From positions 768,001 through 832,000 of the forward strand of contig CAVSOU010000010.1 in the NCBI GenBank assembly GCA_963729625.1: a stretch of 64,000 nt of DNA, read 5' to 3'. Positions within the stretch are counted from its first letter, which is position 1. The number at the start of each line of letters is the position of its first letter. The stretch is from an uncultured bacterium. Its GTDB lineage: Bacteria; Chloroflexota; UBA5177; JANWHV01. Under the pieces are notes generated by a model. That model saw only the letters and a program-made list of their open reading frames with translations, ran no database searches and had not been told where the DNA came from. The position numbers and the translations under genes are program-made. Of the stretch, positions 58,613 to 64,000 are shown piece by piece.

Positions 58613-59899
58613 TCACGACGGAGTGCCCTCCGGCGTGCCCACGACGATGGAATTGACGTTGGCCACCCAGCGCCCGGCCAGGGTATCACCCGGCACGATC
58701 AGTCGGATGGCACCTTCATCGGCCGCCAGCGGCTTTCCGTCTCGGTTATAGGCCAGGATCACCTGCTCGTGCCCGAAGTCTGGGGTGATCTCGGCCATGC
58801 CCACCGTGACCTGGTAGTTATCGGTGGCGCCGACAGTGACGAATTGGCGGAGCAGATCATTCTTGAAACTGGTGTTGGGGACCAGGCCGGCCTTTTGCAG
58901 CACGGTGTACAGGAGCGGACCAGTGTACGAGTAGACGCCCTTGGTGCCCGTATCCGTACGCAAGGTGACGGTGATCGTGGTCTTCGGCAGCTTCTGCAGA
59001 TCGGCGACGGTCAAAGTGACTATTGAGCTCACAACGCCGCTTATGACCACGGACGATGAGGGACCGCCCGCCGGCGCGCTGGTAATGAAGCCCTGTGCGG
59101 TCAACACGGCCTTGCCTGCCGCCGATTCCACATAATCGACGAACTTCTGCGCAAGGGTCGCGTTCTGACTGGCTTTGGTGACGGCGATGGGATAGACAGC
59201 GATCTGGTTGAAAGGCGGGGGCACCGCGATCGTCTGCACTTTCGGGGCCACGCTGGGCGTGACATCGGTCACGTAGACCACACCGGCATCGGCCTCTCCC
59301 AGGCTGACCTTCGCCGTCACGGCCTTGACGTCGGTCTCATTTGATTTGATGTTGGCCTGAATGCGGGCGAGGAAGTCCGTCCCAAAGGCCTCATCGGCGG
59401 CCATCACCTGGAAAGCGGCGCGGGCATATTTGCCCACGGGCACGGTCGGTGCGGCCAGCACCAGGTTCACGCCAGGGCGCGCCAGGTCGGGCAGGCTGTA
59501 TATGTGCGCCGGGTTGTCCTTGGGTACTATCACCACGAGGCGGTTCCGAACGAAGACCGTGGGGGTGGAGGCGATCAACCCTTTGGAGGTGGCGAGCGTC
59601 ATCTGCGCCTGGTTGGCGGACGCAAAGACATCGGCGGGGGCCCCCTGCGCCATCTGGGTGACCAGAGCGTCGGAGCCGGCGAAGTTGAACTTCACGCTCA
59701 CATTGTTTGCCTTGCTGAACGTGTTGCCAATGGTCGTGAAAGCTTCCGTCAGCGACGCAGCAGCGAAGACCGTGAGTGTGCCGTTGTCCGCGGCTCGGTT
59801 GTCGGGCGAGGCAGCGCGTGCGGCGCCGCAGGCGAGCGATGATAGGACGAGGATGAGGGCGACTAGCGAGAACGCTGGGCGTCGAAGTCGACTGACCAT
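58613..59899 (-). CDS. modA: Molybdate-binding protein ModA fused to a C-terminal molybdopterin-oxidoreductase-like domain
   Basis: VFAAASL, GAPADVFASA, VPVGKYA, ADAGVVYVTD; C-terminus YTGPLL..ILAYNRDGKPL..RLIVPGD..RWV; GGAGG RBS. Confidence 0.88.
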   Translation of the reverse strand: MVSRLRRPAFSLVALILVLSSLACGAARAASPDNRAADNGTLTVFAAASLTEAFTTIGNTFSKANNVSVKFNFAGSDALVTQMAQGAPADVFASANQAQMTLATSKGLIASTPTVFVRNRLVVIVPKDNPAHIYSLPDLARPGVNLVLAAPTVPVGKYARAAFQVMAADEAFGTDFLARIQANIKSNETDVKAVTAKVSLGEADAGVVYVTDVTPSVAPKVQTIAVPPPFNQIAVYPIAVTKASQNATLAQKFVDYVESAAGKAVLTAQGFITSAPAGGPSSSVVISGVVSSIVTLTVADLQKLPKTTITVTLRTDTGTKGVYSYTGPLLYTVLQKAGLVPNTSFKNDLLRQFVTVGATDNYQVTVGMAEITPDFGHEQVILAYNRDGKPLAADEGAIRLIVPGDTLAGRWVANVNSIVVGTPEGTPS

Positions 59900-60072
59900 G
59901 GTCCCTCCAGTGAGCCGATGGCTCAATACAGTGGGTAGAAAAGAGCATGAGCGGAAGGAAATGACGGCGATCCTGCGCGCTCTACATGCGTGCACCTCCC
60001 CGAAACTTGCCTTTAGCGGAGGGCTTCAGGGCCGACAGGACGCGGGGCGACACACACGAGTAGAGGCAGAGA

Positions 60073-60654
60073 TCATCGCACACTACTGGTTGCCCCCAGT
60101 GCTTCGGCGCAACGGTCGAGCCAGGCCAGCGCCGACCTTGTGCGCTCGACGCGGCCGTCGTGCAGCAGCCGGCGAAAGAACGCATCCTGGCTTTCGGCAG
60201 GATATGGAGGCTCGCATTCGAGGTCTGCGAGATACGTGCGGAACCTCGCGCGCTGGCGCGCGAGCAAGGCGTCACTGCGGGCGGGACCCTGGCGGTACGC
60301 CAGATACAGTTTGAGGGGGAAATCCAGCATGATATCGCGGGGCCGGTCTACCGGCTCGTCGATCCAGCGCTGCACCAGCTCTCGTCCCGCGTCGGTCAGC
60401 TCGAACACATGGCGTGGCGGACGAGCGCCCTGCTCAAGGAGATGGCCCTGCACCAGACCATCGCGTTCCAGCTGGGCAAGAAGCGCATAGAGGTGGCTGG
60501 CGCCCAGGTGCATGATCGAGTCAAGCACCGTTCCGGGAATGAACGCGCGCGCCAGGTCATAGCCGTAGCTGGGACCCGGCAGAAGGAGACCGAGTAAGGC
60601 ATGCCGCGCCGGCTCGGCAGCAGTCAGCGGACGCCGCATGCGCGCAACTCCCAT
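60073..60654 (-). CDS. PadR-family transcriptional regulator
   Basis: HALLGLL..PSYGYDL, LYALLAQLERDGLV, FELTDAGR. Confidence 0.88.
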   Translation of the reverse strand: MGVARMRRPLTAAEPARHALLGLLLPGPSYGYDLARAFIPGTVLDSIMHLGASHLYALLAQLERDGLVQGHLLEQGARPPRHVFELTDAGRELVQRWIDEPVDRPRDIMLDFPLKLYLAYRQGPARSDALLARQRARFRTYLADLECEPPYPAESQDAFFRRLLHDGRVERTRSALAWLDRCAEALGATSSVR

Positions 60655-60864
60655 GATACATGGAACGTCACACTATAATTACCCATAATATGACTATAGG
60701 CAGCCTGCGTCTAGTGGTCAACAGATGCTCCTGCAAGGCCAGGGAATTGGGCTGCCTCCTCTTCGGCGCCGCTGGGCGAGCGGCGCCGAAGAGGAAGACC
60801 GTCAGGAGCGAAATGCTTCGAGGTAGAGAAACGTCAGCCTCCAGCGGCTGACCGGCGAAGGGCG

Positions 60865-61740
60865 TCAGTATCGTTCAGGCACGAACGTCTGATCGGTCAT
60901 CGGCGGCCTCACGTAGCCCCGTTCGCTCTGGCGCGGAGGCAGGACGAAAGTCTCTGGCGTCAGGTCCTCATACGGTACCGTACCGAGAAGATGGCTGATG
61001 CAGTTGAGCCTCGCCCGCTTCTTGTCGTCTGCGTTGACGACATACCAGGGGGCCTGTTTGGTATCCGTGTAGGAGAACATGGCGTCCTTCGCCTTGGAGT
61101 ACTCCGCCCAGCGCGCCCGGGACTCCAGGTCCATGGGGCTGATCTTCCAGCGCTTGGTAGGATCCGCGATACGGGCGTGGAAACGCTTCTCCTGCTCGTC
61201 ATCGCTCACCGAGAACCAGTATTTGACCAAGATGATGCCCGAGCGAATCAACATGCGCTCGAACTCAGGGCATGACCGCAAGAATTCCTGATACTCAGCC
61301 TCGCCGCAGAAGCCCATGACATGCTCGACGCCGGCGCGGTTGTACCAGCTCCTGTCGAACAGCGCCATCTCGCCTCCAGCGGGAAGGTGGGGCACATAGC
61401 GCTGGAAGTACCACTGACTCTTCTCGCGCTCGGTAGGCGTGCCCAGGGCGACCACTCTGCATATACGCGGATTCAGGCAGGCGGTAATTGTCTTTATGGC
61501 TCCACCCTTGCCGGCCGCGTCACGCCCTTCGAAGATCACGACCAGTTTCAACGCCTTCGCCTTCACCCACTCCTGAAGCTTCACCAGCTCAACCTGGAGG
61601 GGGATTAGCTGCTTCACGTAGTCTTTCGTGTCCATCTTGGGGCGCTCATCCCCGGCGGGGCGGGCCATGATGGCGGCCCCACCGAATCCCTTCGGATCGT
61701 TCGCGGGCTCCGGCTTTGGCTCACGTTGCTTCTGTGCCAC
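60865..61740 (-). CDS. ppk2: Polyphosphate kinase 2
   Basis: FEGRDAAGKGG, QWYFQRY, FDRSWYNRAGVE; GGAGG before GTG 61740. Confidence 0.95.
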   Translation of the reverse strand: MAQKQREPKPEPANDPKGFGGAAIMARPAGDERPKMDTKDYVKQLIPLQVELVKLQEWVKAKALKLVVIFEGRDAAGKGGAIKTITACLNPRICRVVALGTPTEREKSQWYFQRYVPHLPAGGEMALFDRSWYNRAGVEHVMGFCGEAEYQEFLRSCPEFERMLIRSGIILVKYWFSVSDDEQEKRFHARIADPTKRWKISPMDLESRARWAEYSKAKDAMFSYTDTKQAPWYVVNADDKKRARLNCISHLLGTVPYEDLTPETFVLPPRQSERGYVRPPMTDQTFVPERY

Positions 61741-62044
61741 GAGGTCCTCCGATCGCCTGGGCTCCAACACGACAGCCTGCTGTTGAACCAGCTCGGCCCC
61801 GGCAGCGAATGGCCGTTCTTGTCGCTCTCTGTTCAGGCATGGTATAGCGACGTTGAGGTGATGTCCATGAGCCGTTCGGAGCAGGCTACAAACTACAAGG
61901 CCCGACTCGGCTATGGCGCCATGATGCACCATGACGGGGCGGCACAAATCGGCGTACGTGAGAGTGTATCATCTGCCTAGGCACGAAAACCCGCACAGGG
62001 CTGTGTCCTGATGTGAAGCATGAGAGCAACAGAGGTAGCTTGCA

Positions 62045-63040
62045 ATGAAGGTACTGTTCATCGGCGGCACTGGCTTCATCAGTACCGCAGTCAGCCGCCA
62101 GATAGTGGACGCGGGCATCGACCTGACGTTGCTGCACAGAAGCCCGGACCCGGAGTCGATGCCCGGCGCCAGTCACCTCACGGCAGATATCGACCAGCCG
62201 GAAGCCGTCGACGCCGCCCTCCGAGACAGGCACTTCGACGTGGCAGTCGACTGGATAGCCTATACGCCGGACCACATCGAGCGCGACATAGCACTCTTCC
62301 GCGGTCGCGTCAGACAATATGTATTCATCAGTACGGCTGCCACCTACCAGAAACCACCCACAACCTACCGTTTGACTGAATCGACGCCATTGTGCAACCC
62401 GTATTGGACGTACGCGCGGAACAAGATAGCCTGTGAAACGCGCCTGATGCAGGCATATCGAGACGAGCAGTTTCCCGTCACCATTGTGCGTCCAAATCTG
62501 ACATACGGTCCGAACTTTCCCATAGCGATCGGCGGCTGGGGCTGCTACACGCTGGCCGATCGCCTGATGAAAGGTCAGCCGATTATTGTGCATGGGGACG
62601 GAACGTCATTGTTCGTCGTCACACGCTCCGAGGACTTCGCTCGGGGCTTCACAGGGCTCCTCGGGAATTATCTGGCGATTGGCCATGCCTTCCATATCAC
62701 ATCTGACGAAGTGCTGACCTGGAACCAGATTTACAGCACGCTGGCCGACACACTTGGAGTGGAGGCCAACATCGTGCATATCCCGTCGGATTTCATTGCT
62801 CGCATTGCGCCGGATCTCGGTGCGGGCCTGCTCGGAGACAAGTGCTGGAGCGCGGTGTTCGACAACAGCAAGATACGGTCGTTTGTGCCAGGGTTCCAGG
62901 CGGTCATTCCTTACCGAGAAGGCATACGCAGGACGCTGGCCTGGTTCGCTGCCGACCCGCGGCGTCAGCGCGTGGATGCGAAGGTGAACGCGGAGATGGA
63001 CAGTATTCTTGCCGCCTACGGCCAGGCTCGATCGACCTAG
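62045..63040 (+). CDS. NAD-dependent epimerase/dehydratase (extended SDR)
   Basis: LFIGGTGFIS, YARNK (YxxxK), TIVRP..TYG. Confidence 0.9.
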   Translation: MKVLFIGGTGFISTAVSRQIVDAGIDLTLLHRSPDPESMPGASHLTADIDQPEAVDAALRDRHFDVAVDWIAYTPDHIERDIALFRGRVRQYVFISTAATYQKPPTTYRLTESTPLCNPYWTYARNKIACETRLMQAYRDEQFPVTIVRPNLTYGPNFPIAIGGWGCYTLADRLMKGQPIIVHGDGTSLFVVTRSEDFARGFTGLLGNYLAIGHAFHITSDEVLTWNQIYSTLADTLGVEANIVHIPSDFIARIAPDLGAGLLGDKCWSAVFDNSKIRSFVPGFQAVIPYREGIRRTLAWFAADPRRQRVDAKVNAEMDSILAAYGQARST

Positions 63041-63086
63041 ACCGCGGACCGGCGTGAATGCTGAGACGAGTAGCCTCTCCTGCAGG

Positions 63087-64000
63087 TTACGGCGCAAGTA
63101 GCTCGCCCATGGTCCGCAACTCCAGCTCGCCGATCGCGGGCACGCCATGCTTGGCCGCGGCTCTCACCTTGCTGCCGCCTGGCGTGACTCCGGCCACGAG
63201 GTAACTGGTATGGCTGCTCACGGCACTGGCGACAGTGCCTCCGCGAGAGCGAATCCATGCCTCGACGTCCTCGCGGCTACCCATCTCCAGGGAGCCGGTC
63301 ACGACGAAGGTCCTTCCGGATAGAGGGCCATCGGCGGCCTGAGAAATGCTCTCTCGCTCGCCCTGCACGCCAAGCTCCGGCATCCGGCGAATCCACGCGG
63401 AGTTCTCGGCAAGATACGTCGAGAACGCGCCGGCGGTCGCTTGCCCGATGCCATGCAGGGCAGTCAGTTCTGCCTGCAGAGCTTCGAGAGACTCCCCGGC
63501 TCGCTCAAGCAAGTCGGCCAGGCCGAAATGTTGGGCAATGGTCCGGCATTCGGGGTAGCCAACCCCCGGCGCTCCAAGCGCGTGCAACACGGTGCTGAAC
63601 GGCTTGGCCCGTGACAGTGCGATAGCCGTGGCAAGCTTTGCAGCCCTGACGGCGCCGTAGAGCTGCCCGTTCGCCAGCGGCAGGGATGCCAGCTGGTCCG
63701 GCGTGAGACGATAGAGGTCCACGGGAGAACGGACAAGGCCGCCGCTGACCAGCGACTCGATAACTTCCTTGCCCAGACCTTCGATGTCCATGTTGTCGCG
63801 CGCCGCAAAGTAGTCCAATGTCTTGCGCAGCTTTGGCGGGCAGGCAGCGTTGCGACATTCGAGCACCTTCCCGTTACGGAGGACCAGCGGAGTGCCACAG
63901 CTTGGGCACTGGTCTGGCACGGACAAATTGGGATCGCGCTCCTGGCCGAGCGCAAGGCGAAGCACTTTGGGTATGACGTCTCCGGCGCGGGTGACGACGA
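63087..64000 (-). CDS. ligA: NAD-dependent DNA ligase, 3' part (gene starts beyond the window)
   Basis: RAGDVIPKV, Zn finger CPSC..C..C, MDIEGLG, HhH motifs, BRCT GRTFVVTGSL. Confidence 0.93.
   Translation of the reverse strand, partial: VVTRAGDVIPKVLRLALGQERDPNLSVPDQCPSCGTPLVLRNGKVLECRNAACPPKLRKTLDYFAARDNMDIEGLGKEVIESLVSGGLVRSPVDLYRLTPDQLASLPLANGQLYGAVRAAKLATAIALSRAKPFSTVLHALGAPGVGYPECRTIAQHFGLADLLERAGESLEALQAELTALHGIGQATAGAFSTYLAENSAWIRRMPELGVQGERESISQAADGPLSGRTFVVTGSLEMGSREDVEAWIRSRGGTVASAVSSHTSYLVAGVTPGGSKVRAAAKHGVPAIGELELRTMGELLAP

Noticed and set aside
59900-60072. Moco RNA motif upstream of modA
   Set aside because: Some hairpins are possible but no recognisable consensus.
60685-60722. 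Additional operator copy (TGACTA...GGTCA) upstream of padR
   Set aside because: Spacing and arms do not match the 22-bp palindrome.
1-64000. rRNA, tRNA, IS elements, integrase or prophage genes
   Set aside because: No supporting motifs or structures seen by eye; tRNAscan and ISEScan were not run.

Overview
High-GC bacterial window, probably Chloroflexota-like (inferred from gene content only), densely packed with stress and accessory genes. (1) 1-10.1 kb: arsenic-resistance island with an FAD oxidoreductase, arsC, an mntP remnant, two arsR, arsP, a thioredoxin-like gene, a decayed TDT transporter, an arsD-CMD fusion, frameshifted arsA and acr3. Five ATCAA-N6-TTGAT-type ArsR boxes are visible. 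(2) 10.1-40.9 kb: a light/photo-oxidative-stress island built around a B12-dependent CarH/LitR-type photoreceptor. It holds crtB, crtI, a split lycopene cyclase, a glycosyltransferase, an acyltransferase, a methyltransferase, photolyase, peroxiredoxin, a Moco enzyme, MMPL, MFS, NiCoT, two DUF4397-like secreted proteins and two S51-family hydrolases, one fused to a CysRS anticodon-binding-like domain. A 22-bp palindrome, TTGACTAA-N6-TTAGTCAA, recurs at seven sites and ties these units into one putative regulon. Short diverged fragments of five of these genes, plus an internally deleted CarH paralogue, indicate duplication followed by reciprocal decay. (3) 41-64 kb: a membrane GGDEF-EAL protein with an N-terminal Cys-rich module, the kdp operon with an extra upstream peptide and split kdpD, an old yellow enzyme, padR-modABC with a fused ModA, ppk2, an SDR epimerase and the 3' part of ligA. 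I found no rRNA, tRNA, CRISPR array, transposase or integrase. All family assignments come from motif recognition, not database searches.
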